From Octopus vulgaris (taxonomy: Eukaryota), in assembly GCA_951406725.2 (NCBI GenBank), contig OX597822.1, positions 89,714,001 through 89,778,000 on the forward strand: DNA of 64,000 nucleotides, read 5' to 3'. Each line of letters opens with the position of its first letter. Positions within the stretch are counted from its first letter, which is position 1. The notes beneath the pieces are model-generated. The model searched no databases. It saw only the letters and a program-made list of their open reading frames with translations, and was not told the origin of the DNA. Positions 26,541-40,374 of the stretch are shown here, piece after piece. A program made the position numbers and the translations under genes.

Positions 26541-26753
26541 AAGTATTTTTCGGCGTTGTTGTTGTTATTATTATTCAGGTCACTGCTTGGAATTGAACTT
26601 GGAATCTTGGGGTTAGTAGCCTGCGCTCTTAACCACTACGCCATATACCGTGGTTAAGAATGCAGGCTACTAACCCCAGGCAGTGACCTGCATGATAATA
26701 ATAATAACAACAACAACATCGAAAAATACCTTATCCGTCAATTGTAAATAATG
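26541..26753. repeat. Fold-back palindrome of a tRNA-like head plus (AAT/AAC)n
   Basis: Arms 26541-26636 and 26650-26732 are reverse complements around a 13-nt loop; the minus arm has A-box TGGCGTAGTGG and B-box GTTCAATTCC. Confidence 0.8.
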
Positions 26754-26825
26754 TGTTGACACTTTCACTTAAAATTTCTGCAATTTAAATCAAAACTTTT
26801 TAGTTACTATGGTGACAACACTCTA

Positions 26826-26868
<43 letters not shown>

Positions 26869-27150
26869 TACATTGACGTATATTTTGATTCCTTCCCTTC
26901 TTTCCCACCCTCTCATGGATGTGATGGATAGACAGATGGTGTTCCACTTCTCTTTTACGACTTTTGTTAACTGTTTTATACTATTATTAGTCTTTAATAT
27001 CAGAAAGCATTTCTGTAATACTGAAAATATTCTCTCACAAATAAGGAAATGTATGCATGAAAGTATTAGTACTAAGTATATTATTTAAATTGATGGAGTC
27101 ATGTAATTATTTCTAAAATTTCAATTAATGTTTGATTTTTCTTTGTTTAG

Positions 27151-27271
27151 ATGGAAGAATCCTCAAAATTAAAAGGACTCAGTAAAGTGAAACTAAAAGT
27201 TGTGAAGAAAAAAGTCCATATACGACAGCATAAAAATTTAAATCGTTCTAACAGCAGTTTTAACTGCAGCT
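27151..27271 (+). CDS. SGO1: Shugoshin exon 2 (basic N-terminus)
   Basis: ttttctttgtttag|ATGGAAGAA...AGCT|gtaagt; MEESSKLKGLSKVKLKVVKKK...SFNCS; phase 1 joins exon 3 as TTA. Confidence 0.85.
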
Positions 27272-27474
27272 GTAAGTATGAAGGTCAAGATTTGAATGTA
27301 AAAAGTAGTGTTTTTGGCATGTGTGTGTGTATGTATGTTTACATGTGCATGTGTGTGTATTATACATTAACTATTTTTTACTATTGGTAACACAAGAAAT
27401 TCAAAATTATTTTAGTTTGTATCTATGTGCTCATGCATTATGTATGCTTTATACTTCATGATATAGCCCTCTGT

Positions 27475-27705
27475 AGGCGGCGAGGTAGCAGAAATGTTAG
27501 CACGTCGGGCGAAATGCTTAGCAGTATTTCGTCTGCCGTTACGTTGTGAGTTCAAATTCCACCGAGGTCGACTTTACCTTTCATCCTTTCGGGGTCGATA
27601 AATTAAGTACCGGTTACGCACTGGGGTCGATGTAATCGACTTATACCTATGTCTGTCCTTGTTTGTCCTCTCTATGTTTAGCCCCTTGTGGGTAATAAAG
27701 AAATA
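27475..27705 (+). mobile_element. Intact tRNA-derived SINE with perfect 15-bp TSD
   Basis: GATATAGCCCTCTGT at 27460-27474 and 27706-27720; B-box-like gagttcaaattcc; A-rich tail. Confidence 0.9.
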
Positions 27706-27931
27706 GATATAGCCCTCTGTTTGCAGATATATACATTTAAATAAGTTAAAATGCTGTAATGTGTTTGAATTCCAAACATAATATTATATAAATAATTATA
27801 TAAACCGTAAAAGTCCAAATTGTTTCAACTTGTAAATATTCTTTCTGATATACATAATCAGAGTTCAATTCTGTATGTCACTTCAAGGTCCATTGGTTCT
27901 GAAGTGATACTATATTTGATTGATCTTTATT

Positions 27932-27962
<31 letters not shown>

Positions 27963-28589
27963 TACTGCCTTCTTGTGTTGACTTCATATGATAGTTGTAA
28001 ATGAATTACATCACCATAGAAGCAGTATATTTCATTTCCAATCTTCCATGAAAACTTGTCTGGTCATGCAGAATATTAACCTGCCTAGTAACAAGTAACA
28101 GAAAGGGCATCTGACTGTAGAAAATCTGCTTCAATAAATTTTGTCCAACCCATGCAATCATGGAAGAGTTGACGTTAAATGGTTATGATGATGATAACAT
28201 ATTTTCTTCTGCATTGCTAATGAGATCTAAGTAATATGAAACTGCTGGCAACAAACTTTTACTTTCAATGATACAATCTATCATCTTTTAATGTCTGGCT
28301 TCTACACTTGACTATATTGAAAGATATCATTGACAATAGATTTCCTTGAGTAATTTCTTTTCATTAAAAATTTTTTTTTTCATTTACACTTTCCAAAGTT
28401 ATACAAATTCAAATTGAAACAAGATTACTCATTTTTGTATAAGAGAACTCTTTGTTTTACTAATATTGGTGGTACAAACATATGTGGAATTGTTTATTAA
28501 TATTTTTTATACTAAAATAAATTTAAAGTGTTTCAAAACTTTAAAAATATTTATAATTGAAGTATTTTCTAAATTTATTTTATTTTCAG

Positions 28590-28798
28590 TAAATGCTTCA
28601 ACAAAAATGAAACAAACATTGAGATCTAACAACAAAGCTCTAGCTCACGCATTACAGGTTGCAAGACAAGATTTAGCATTGGCCACTAACATCATCACTT
28701 CTCTTAGATTGGATAATAGAAATATGATGCTTGAAGCTGCCAACAATAAGTATATGGCTTCACATTGTCTTGAAGAGCAAGTTGGTGCTCGGTTGAAG
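28590..28798 (+). CDS. SGO1: Shugoshin exon 3 (N-terminal coiled coil, PP2A-B56-binding region)
   Basis: tattttcag|...NASTKMKQTLRSNNKALAHALQVARQDL...LRLDNRNM...RLK|gtaagc; resembles the NN(K/R)xL(A/V)xAL core of shugoshin coiled coils. Confidence 0.92.
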
Positions 28799-28951
28799 GT
28801 AAGCAAGCATCCAAAATAATTTATCTTTGTTTCATTGCACCTTTAATTACTAAATTTTTAAGAACACCCTAGATACGTTTCAATTAAATTCTAAAATAAT
28901 CAAGACTTCAACTGATTTCATAAAACGAGTATAATTTTTTATTTATCGATG

Positions 28952-29886
28952 CAGTAGCATGCAGACGTCTTCGGCCACTTTAAACTATTGTAAATTTCTA
29001 CTAACGCCAACTAAAGTGAATGTTTCACATTGTGTTTTTTACAGATGAAACATTGGCCCTGTTGGAGTTATTCCCATACCTAATCATTATATTTTGTAGT
29101 AGGGGTTCTGAATGAGAGGGGAATATGTGAGATGACCACCAAAAATGGCTATGCAAAAGTTTTTGGCCCCTTCACATAAACCAATCAAGATATAGTGTTT
29201 TAAAACAGAAAATTTATTACATAATGTTCATTTCACGAAGTTACTGTACATTGTTAATATTTTGTGTGGCTTCCCTTAGCTTGAATAATTGCTTCAATGT
29301 GCTTGGGAAGAGATGCATACAAATCCTTCTCCATCTTCACAGGTATGAAATGCCATTCTCTGTAGCTGAGATCCCACAACTCTTTAAGATTGTGTGGATT
29401 CTTCTGATGAACTCTTCTCTTTAGTTCTGTCCACATTTGCTCAATGATATTTAAGTCAGGGCTCTCAGCTGGCCAATCTTTCAATATGGTAATACCTTCA
29501 TCAGCTAGACTCTGTTGTGTTGCACAGCTCTGTCATGCTGAAAAATCTCCCCTTCATCCAAGTCTGGTAACAAACTGCCCTTCAATAACTGGATGTATTT
29601 GGCACTGTTCAAGTTACCGTCAATTTTAACCAACTTTCTTCAACCATCACTTTTCATGTACCCTCAAAGCATCAAAAATGAAATAAATCTAGACATACTT
29701 GAAAATACACATACACTATAACAATTCATGAATAGAAGAAATTAATTAACATAATTTTAATTTGTCCCAAACTTCACTGTTTTTGTCATGTAATGTGGGT
29801 TGTTGCGCTTTTCTGGAGGCCTTCTGACAAATTCTCACTTATTTAAACAATAGTTTAAAGTGGCCAAAGGCTTTTGTGTGGTACTG
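28952..29886 (-). mobile_element. Internally deleted Tc1-like transposon
   Basis: TIRs cagtagcatgcagacgtcttcggccactttaaactattgt / acaatagtttaaagtggccaaaggcttttgtgtggtactg|TA; transposase remnants FVRRP..TVKFG, IDGNLNSAKY, WPAESPDLNIIE, KGSHTKY. Confidence 0.9.
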
Positions 29887-30684
29887 TATTTGGTGGTTTT
29901 GGAACAACTTAATTATACTTTTAAATCAGTTACATAATTTTTTCTCAAAGCTAATTATAGGGAAATTCAGTAAAATGTTGATGAAATTTTTAAAATTTCA
30001 TTTTACAATCACTATGTGAAAAATGTTATTAGACAAGTATATAACTAAATTGAAATATAGAAGAATTAGGCATATTATTGGAATTTCAGTATTGTATCCA
30101 AAGCAGGCATACCATAAAGGCAAAATAGCACAAAATACTGCAGTTCATATATAAAAAATATACAAAAATAAATACAAAATATACAAAAATGAAATAAATC
30201 CAGACATACTTGAAAATACACAAACATACACAATAACGATTCATGAATAGAAGAAATTCATTAACATAATTTTAATTTGTCACTCATTTTGTAGATTAAT
30301 TGAAAGTGTGTATTTAAATAAAAAAAAGTTGAAAACAAGGTAAACTTGAAAAAATATTGTATAAAATAAAATTTTATATCAAATTAAATAAGTTGTAAAA
30401 TTGTAAAGCATTCCAAACTGCATAATGGAGTTTTGCTGTATCCACATCAAAAAGTTGTTTCAGTTGGCTTGGCTGTTCGCTGAAGATTTTTCTCTTTCAG
30501 AGAGCTACCCCACCTTTTACTTTTTTTCAATGAATAGCCTGTTTTTAACTGCATCGACACAGCAGCTTTTGAGTCCCCTTGTTTAACAAGCAAAATCATT
30601 CAGGAGACTTATATTTATTATAAGCTAAACTAAATATCATCACCATTATTTCAATCTACCGAATATTAGTTTGTCATTTAATTC

Positions 30685-30950
30685 ATCCACTGCTGGACCA
30701 GTTAGAGACAAAAATTGTGAAACTGATTACTGGCAGGACTAGTTTGGATAAGATGCAGTTTGATTTTGTCCCAGGAAGAGGTACCATTGATGCTATATTC
30801 CTAGTGAGATAACTGCATAGCTTCGATAAGTGTCGATCTAAGAAGGCTTTTGACAGAAACCCTTGCTTCGTAATCTGGTGGTTGGTAAGGAAACTGGAGA
30901 TAAATGGCTTGTGAAGGCCATACAAATCTGTACAGAGGCGCAGTAAGTAA
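30685..30950 (+). mobile_element. RTE RT fragment
   Basis: MQFDFVPGRGTIDAIFLVR...KAFDR. Confidence 0.7.
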
Positions 30951-31221
30951 TGACACACCTGTCTTGAATTCCCCTGTTATGGCCTAGAAAAACTAATAAG
31001 GTAAGTGACCTAGGAACCAAATCTTGGGTAGCATCTAACTAAATGCTAAGTTTCTCACTGAACTTCTTGCTAACTTTTACTTTGCTGACTGCACCCTCTG
31101 TACAAGGCTTGCATGGCTCTTGCAAGCCATTCATCTACCCCCCAGTTTTCTTAGCATTTATCAAACTACAGAGCATGGTAACTTGTCAAAAGCTTTTTGT
31201 GGGTCAATAGATGATGTTTAA

Positions 31222-31432
31222 CCCTTTAGTGTTCGCATTATTCTGCCAAAATTAATCCTTTTTTATCCACATTGCTTTGAACTAATCATGCATTATCTTG
31301 TAGCTATGAGATTATGATGAGGTAGCTGTTAATTTTTAAAATGATATTGTAGGGTTAGTGTGAGAGACCAGATCTGGCCAGTTTGAACATAAAACAGGCA
31401 GAATACTTCTGGCCGGTTTAAATGCTAAAGGC
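31222..31432. mobile_element. piggyBac-type MITE
   Basis: TTAA|ccctttag...ctaaagg(c)|TTA; same family as 59846-60065. Confidence 0.7.
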
Positions 31433-31881
31433 TTATCAGATTGCTTTTAGGTAAGAACTTCTGTAGCTATTTCACTAAAAAAATTGCATCAGTAACTCCC
31501 AATCCTAGTACAAACCTAAACTGCACCTTGTTTAACCCTTTCATTACTATATTTCTGACCAAAATACACCCCTTATGTGTTTCAATTAATTTCTAACATA
31601 ATCATAAATTTAGTCTGGTTTCATTAAACAACTATAACTTTTTTATTTATCAATATATTATGATTTTTGGAAGATAATTTAATGAAATGTTCTCAACCAA
31701 TTCTATACTATAATTTTTGTCACAAAGTGACTCTAATTGCAGGTAGATACAGGTAAATCCTGGTAAATTCAACAAAATATAAAATTATTAAAATTTTGTT
31801 CAAACATCGCTATAGAAAATGGGTTATTAGCTAATATTCAATTGGGTATACAACAAAATTTTACTATAGAATTTGTTATTC

Positions 31882-32204
31882 TGGGTAACTTTCTGATACC
31901 CATAATAATATTTATGGCAAAATAGGCCTTAATTTCATTTAAGGTTGTGGGAAACAACAACCTATCCTTTCTTTCGCTTTGTTTACATTTAGCGTAACGG
32001 TTCATTTCCGCCGTAATTTTCTGATACCCACAATAATATTTATGGGTAACTTTCTGATACCCATAATAATATTTATGGCAAAATAGGCCTTAATTTCATT
32101 TAAGGTTGTGGGAAACAACAAACTATCCTTTCTTTCGCTTTGTTTACATTTAGCTTAACGGTTCATTTCCGCCGTAATTTTCTGATACCCACAATAATAT
32201 TTAT
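31882..32204. repeat. 161-bp tandem direct duplication
   Basis: 31882-32042 is nearly identical to 32043-32203; lies downstream of another TTAA|CCCTT terminus at 31536. Confidence 0.9.
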
Positions 32205-32674
32205 TGGTTTTGGCAGAGACTGAGAGAAATGTTTTGAAGTGCTACGAACAACTACTGTTTCAAATGAACAACGCACACACACAAACATATTCATTCCTGA
32301 TATGACACCCACACATGTGCTCTGTATTTCTAGCAACTCGTAGCAGTTGCCTACATTTTGTATGTAGTGTACCTATAATGAATCAAACCCTTTAAATAAA
32401 TTCTTTTCAATTATGGATCGATTTACATATTTGTTTACATACACCTTCCATTTGCATCTATGTTCATTGATACACACTTAACCACTACAGCCCTTTCTAC
32501 TTTTCAAAGAGAAATGGAAGTTTTCCTTTTCCCTTTAAGCTATGCAGAAGTTTCCTTCTGCTGTGCTTCTGATCATTCTGTCTTTATTTTAAAACTATAA
32601 TTCATAATTGTGTATTGTAGTATTTAAAATGTATATATTAAATTAACAAATTATATTTTTCATGTTTCTTACAG

Positions 32675-32850
32675 CCTATTCTGATGCTGATTAAGCAAAA
32701 GGTTTCAGATATTGGTGAACATCTTACCATTGTTACTTCAGCAGTACATGATATTTCTGAAAGTATTGTATCATATTTATCTACATCAGCTGTTAACTCA
32801 AGATCAAACTCAATAGAAATTGGCCAAAATATAGTAAAATCTCTTACAGA
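32675..32850 (+). CDS. SGO1: Shugoshin exon 4
   Basis: tttcttacag|CCTATTCTG...ACAGA|gtaagt; PILMLIKQKVSDIGEHL...KSLT; phases 0 and 2 fit both neighbours. Confidence 0.85.
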
Positions 32851-32907
32851 GTAAGTAAATATTATTTTGGTAATTTAATGCTCAAAAGAAACGGAGGCAA
32901 AGTGGCT

Positions 32908-33615
32908 GAGTTCCTTTTGAGCATTGGGCCTCCCGGACGAGTTCCTTTTGAGCATTGGGCCTCCCGGACGAGTTCCTTTTGAGCATTGGGCCTCCCGGAC
33001 GAGTTCCTTTCGAGCATTGGCCTCCCGGACGAGTTCCTTTTGAGCATTGGGCCTCCCGGACGAGTTCCTTTCGAGCATTGGGCCTCCCGGACGAGTTCCT
33101 TTCGAGCATTGGGCCTCCCGGACGAGTTCCTTTCGAGCATTGGGCCTCCCGGACGGGTTCCTTTCGAGCATTGGGCCTCCCGGACGGGTTCCTTTCGAGC
33201 ATTGGGCCTCCCGGACGGGTTCCTTTCGAGCATTGGGCCTCCCGGACGGGTTCCTTTCGAGCATTGGGCCTCCCGGACGGGTTCCTTTCGAGCATTGGGC
33301 CTCCCGGACGGGTTCCTTTCGAGCATTGGGCCTCCCGGACGGGTTCCTTTCGAGCATTGGGCCTCCCGGACGGGTTCCTTTCGAGCACTGGGCCTCCCGG
33401 ACGGGTTCCTTTCGAGCATTGGGCCTCCCGGACGGGTTCCTTTCGAGCATTGGGCCTCCCGGACGGGTTCCTTTCGAGCATTGGGCCTCCCGGACGGGTT
33501 CCTTTCGAGCATTGGGCCTCCCGGACGGGTTCCTTTCGAGCATTGGGCCTCCCGGACGGGTTCCTTTCGAGCATTGGGCCTCCCGGACGGGTTCCTTTCG
33601 AGCATTGGGCCTCCC
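32908..33615. repeat. GC-rich 31-bp minisatellite, ~23 units
   Basis: Unit g(a/g)gttccttt(t/c)gagcattgggcctcccggac repeated head-to-tail with no spacers. Confidence 0.97.
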
Positions 33616-33877
33616 AGAGGCAAAATGGCCAAGTTAGTTTTGAGTGTTGGACCTCACGGAGGCAATGATACTACATACTAAACTCCATGAGCTCTTTGTT
33701 GCATGCTGGGAAGAGTACAAGCTGCCATGAGTTCTCCTCGATGCTGTCATCATTACACCATACAAAAAGAAAGGTGTAAAGTCAGACTGCTCAAACTACC
33801 AGGGATCACCCTGCTTTCCACTGCAGCAAAAGTTCTAGCAAGATTACTCAACAGACTTGTGTGTGTATACACACATA

Positions 33878-35362
<1,485 letters not shown>

Positions 35363-35538
35363 GTGTCATATATGATGCATGGCCACCCAGAAAATATGTC
35401 CTGTATGTCATATGTAATACACAGGACAGGCCAAAGCTAAATGCAATACCTTGTTTCATGTTTCTTACTTTATGTCCTGTATATACTTTAGTGAACTTGT
35501 TCATTATTTAATGTTACAATCTTTTCTTTTGTATTTAG

Positions 35539-35696
35539 AACCCCTAATGAAAAGGTTTTGCTCAATAAAGATGCCATAGGTGATGTTGCTTTAAAGAAAA
35601 ATGTTAATTCCCAGATTTGTAATGAGCTCAGCTTCATTGCTGAGACTTTTATTAATACGGATTATACTTCAAATACACTTGATGTGTTGTCTAAAG
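35539..35696 (+). CDS. SGO1: Shugoshin exon 5
   Basis: ttttgtatttag|AACCCCT...TCTAAAG|gtaaat; TPNEKVLLNKDAIGDV...DVLSK; phases 2 and 1 fit. Confidence 0.8.
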
Positions 35697-36471
35697 GTAA
35701 ATATTACATGTTTAAATATTACAAATATTTATGATAAATTTACCAAAAATATTGTATTACAAATGTTTTGGAGAAGTACAAAAATGTAACCAATTTCATG
35801 TAAAAAATATTTACATCAGCACATTTTACACCCAGCTTTCTATGCTAGCATAGGATATATGTGACTCAGAGCATGTCACTGCTTATTGTGGTTGTGTGTA
35901 ATTTGGTTTTGAGGAATTCTTGTTGCAATGTTAATGCAGTTACACAAAAAGATATTGCCAAAGACTGAAGTACCATTATCATTATCTGCTACTGGGAGAT
36001 TAAAGGGGTTAGAACTATTAAGAGTCAAAACAAAGGTATAAGGTGAAATTTGTTGTACAAGGATATGGAACTATATTTACTTCTAATGTAAATGTAAGTT
36101 TGATTTTCTCCATTTGTAGTGTAGAGTAGTATTGTTTACAATTGCACCATAAAAACAGCATTTGTACAAGAGAGAGTGACAGCCAGGTTAAACTAAAAAT
36201 CATGTTAATGTATCTTGTTTTTATCTTTTAAAATGTGATTGAAAAATCGGTATATGTTTCTCATGAACTGAAGGAAATATGTTTGGCAACAAGACTTATA
36301 AAGAATTTTCTTCTTTATTTGTTGATTTCAATGTCAGCTGTAATGCTTCTCTTTCTTCCATTCTGTGTACAACAATAGTGGCTCTAGATAGTGAAAATGA
36401 ATAGAACATTTTGAAAATCTGCCATGAACACCATATGTGACTAGTGTCTGTAAAAGAAAAATGATAGACAT

Positions 36472-36870
36472 AGGCGCAGGAGTGGCTGTGTGGTAAGTAG
36501 CTTGTTTACCAACCACATGGTTCCGGGTTCAGTCCCACTGCGTGGCACCTTGGGCAAGTGTCTTCTACTATAGCCTCAGGCCGACCAAAGCCTTGTGAAT
36601 GGATTTGGTAGACGGAAACTGAAAGAAGCTCGTCGTATATATATATATATATATATATATGATTGTGTGTGTCTGTGTTTGTCCCCCTAGCATTGCTTGA
36701 CAACCGATGCTGGTGTGTTTATGTCCCCGTTACTTAGTGGTTCGGCAAAAAGAGACCGATAGAATAAGTACTGGGCTTACAAAAGAATAAGTCCCGGGGT
36801 CGAGTTGCTTGACTAAAGGTAGTGCTCCAGCATGGCCAGTCAAATGACTGAAACAAGTAAAAGAGTAAAA
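36472..36870 (+). mobile_element. Full-length tRNA/CORE-like SINE with LINE-like 3' tail
   Basis: A-box tggctgtgtgg, B-box ggttcagtccc, ccttgggcaagtgtctt core, internal (TA)n, tail gtgctccagcatggcc...actgaaacaagtaaaagag. Confidence 0.85.
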
Positions 36871-37538
36871 AGAGAGAGAGAGGTGTTGGTACTCTGCAGT
36901 GTGAGAAGTGCTGATGTTTCTGCTGAACATGATAAAACATTCACTAACTGATTACTTTATGCCAAAAAAGACAGGCTATTGCAAAGTCTATCTTTTCTCT
37001 TAGTCTTGGAGAACAGACTCCTCTTGCATAAGGCTGCACTTGTTGACTGCAGCATGGGAATTTTATGATGTCAATAGAGAAATCTTGGCACAGATTTTGC
37101 AAAGCTGTTTTTCCACAAGGGTTATATGTAAAGCTTTGCCAGATAACTATTTCTGAATTAAGTTCTTGATGAAGTAATAGCTACAACTATGGAGACAAGC
37201 ACTATCAATGTTCCATACAATGGAGTTAGCTCCAGTTGTGGCTGAAGTGACATCAGAGGAAGCAGCCACAACTCTCTCTCAGTTTGTCCTGAGATCAGGA
37301 ATGGTACTGGTAACACCAGAGGTAGCTGGTGTTACTAGTCATCAAAGTCAACAAATATATATCGGAGAGGCACTGAGCAGCTATAAGCACACATACACAC
37401 ACGGCAGTAGCTCCTGCCTACCGAATTCAATCACAAAGCTTCGGTTGGCTCGGGGCTATAGTGGAAGACACCTGCCCAAAGTGCCACGCAGTGGGACTGA
37501 ACCCGAAACCATGTAGCTAGGAAGCAAGCTCCCTAACC

Positions 37539-37569
<31 letters not shown>

Positions 37570-37599
37570 TATATACATATATATATGTGTGTGTGTGTG

Positions 37600-38000
37600 A
37601 TGGAAGGCCAAAACTGGAAGGCAGATTTACCCTACTTTCTTTACTAATGCATGATAACTCCCCACAGTGCAACCAGTGTCCCTCTTCGAGGCCCTTAATA
37701 GGAGGAAGATGAATGTCAGTCTACTTGGTGTCATGCATTATAAAACTTCTTTGTTTAATACATTCCTGCATAACCTTGAATAATGCTCTGAACAGTGATA
37801 AAATATAAACATATGCAGACCAGATCTGATGCACCCAAATTCTTCACTTCTCATGGACAACAGTGTGCTCATACAGCAATGAAGAGACTGTCTCTACCTT
37901 TCAAGGCAAGCCCATTTATAGTTGTCTAGAAAAGTAGGAATTTGGTAACAATAGAACATGGTTCCTATAAAATCTCATGCAATTTTTCATTCCTCAAGCA
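37600..38000 (+). mobile_element. Heavily decayed LTR-retrotransposon integrase C-terminal fragment
   Basis: NWKADLPYFL...TPHSATSV...KYKTYAD pattern only; weak. Confidence 0.35.
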
Positions 38001-39402
38001 TCTGAAGAAAAAGGCATATGAACTAACTGATGAACTGCTGTCAGTGATGCCACCTGAACCAATCAGGATGGACATAACTCCAAGGATATCATTTCAACCA
38101 AAATTTCCACTACAGCCTAAATTGAGTCAGAAAATGTAAACAAAACAAGGACAAACTGATGAAATTATAAATTACTAACAGTTTATTGTATATGGTGAAA
38201 ATTAAGTAATTTTCACTGTATGTGCCTGTAATTTGAATAAAAAAAAATTGAGGTAAAATGTTATATAAAATCTATTACAGAATTTCGGAGGTTTTTTTCT
38301 GACACCACTTTAATACATTAGAAGTATAATGAAAGGCAAAATAGCACAGCTGTTAGTGTTGAATAAAATGCCTTGTGGTATTTGTCCCAACTCTGTGCTC
38401 AAATTTCATGAGGTCCTGTCTAACCATGCTAGCATGGACAGTGGATGTTAAAAGATGATGATGTTAATTTTGCCTTTCAATTTTTCAAGGATAACAAAGA
38501 AAAATTAATTCAAAGTGGTGGATTGGTAAAACTGCTAGGTCAAAGAAGATGCCTTACAATATCGTTTTCTGGTTCTGTACACTGTAGAAACACCTGTGGT
38601 GTCAAGCTGCATCAGCCAACTCAGCAGCATTTCCCTTAGGCAACCTTGGTGGTATTGGAGAGGGAAGAGTTACATGGATGAATAAAAAAAAAAATTTTTT
38701 TTAAAAACCCTCACCCCTGCTTGCAGATGAATGATCAGCTTTGACTGCAGAGGCCCCCATTATTATAATAAAAGAAATACTTATGTATTTGGTTCCCCTT
38801 TATAATTAGATTATCAATTAACCAATCTCATTTCCTGGCATCACAACGTTTCATTTATGAACATTCGATATAGCTGAGGAACAGCAGAAGCTAATCTACT
38901 AGCAATATTTTTTTTAGAGAACTTTGTAACATCAAAGATGATCTCTATATTCAGTTATGGAATGTTATCTATCTTTTGATGATGGTAGCGAATATTTTTT
39001 CCAAGTAAAATAATCCCAATGATTATGAGATCAAAATGCAGTTACACAGATTTTTCTTATAAACTTTCTTATGTACTTTATGTTCCATTTTAAAAGTAAT
39101 GTTCTTTTTCAGACTTTTTTTATTGTTTTATACTGATTGAGATATCATGAATGTTTTTCATGAAACATTTTTCAAGTCTATTTTCTTGATGTTTCCATTT
39201 TGCTTGACATTATCAAAAAACAAATCAATGGTACAGAGATAAATTAATAATTATGATAAAATTGTAATTAAAGTTGATACACATTATTAAGACCCTGGGG
39301 AAAACAGAATTCTGTTCTATGTAATATTTGCTTATTGTTATTTATCATTATTTCATGATAAAGAGAAAAACTAATTCTTTTCTTTTCCTGTTCATTTTTT
39401 AG

Positions 39403-40101
39403 TTGATGAATTGGAATCTGAAAAATTGTGTAAAAATGCTGACGAAAATCATTTAAACGTCCCCATTGAAAAACCTAAAATTGCTACTAAAAGTCGCCCT
39501 GATGTAGAAAGACGTTCCAGTATTCAATTTAGACGGGAATCTCTGGATGAAATCGATTTTGGTTCAAATCTCCCAACTACCCGAAATAGGCGCCGTTCTT
39601 CATTACACTTGTCTGCTACAGGTCTTGACAAAAAGCGTCACCAACAATTGGATATTTTAGAACCGTCAGTTATTAAAGATTCTTGTGCAGAAGTTAATTT
39701 GGAAAATGCAGCTGACAGGGATAAAGTAGTTAAAAATAACTCTAACCATATTCCTTGTACTGATGCATCAATGCCAAATGGTAAAGCTGCAGAAACAGCC
39801 TTAATAGTTAATGATGCTGATAATGGTTTAAATAATGCCATACCCAACGTTACAATAACTGGTGAAGTTGACATGGAATTGACTGAAATAATAAACAACA
39901 CTGACGTAATGCATGAGTCATCACAAAATCTACCAACTGGTAATGATGTTCATCCATCTGATATAAATCTGGAGAAACAAAAGGATACGACTGTTGCTAA
40001 AGAAACTTTTGTTAAACCAACAGTAGCACCTAATAAAGTAAAAGCAAAAGGCAACAAAAAATCGTCAAAGAGCTCAAAGGATAAAAAGGAAGATGAAAGA
40101 G
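39403..40101 (+). CDS. SGO1: Shugoshin exon 6, copy A (699 bp, phase 1-1)
   Basis: ttcattttttag|TTGATGAATTG...GAAAGAG|gtgtgt; open frame DELESEKLCK...KEDER. Confidence 0.8.
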
Positions 40102-40374
40102 GTGTGTATTTCTTTTTTTCTAATTTGTTTCACTGCCTTTCTATAATGAAATGAAAGGATGCAAAATATAAAAATGCTGCTTAGGTGAAAACATTCACTG
40201 ACATGGTAATTCGTAATTTCTGCTACAAAACAAAATGTAGTGCTCTGTGAGAATAAATTGCTTTAATTCTATTGGTGGGGAATTAAGACTTATTACAACA
40301 TTTGATGGAAGGTCTTGCAGCATTTATTCAAAGACTTTAGTGTCTGAGTTCAAATTTCTCCAATGTCAAATTTA

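Noticed and set aside
26575-26650. tRNA gene
   Set aside because: Has A/B boxes but no convincing acceptor stem and sits in a palindromic repeat; treated as a tRNA-derived head.
32862-33681. Six long overlapping ORFs and a CRISPR-like periodic array
   Set aside because: Pure 31-bp tandem repeat with no unique spacers and no cas genes, in a eukaryotic intron; the ORFs arise because the unit lacks stop codons.
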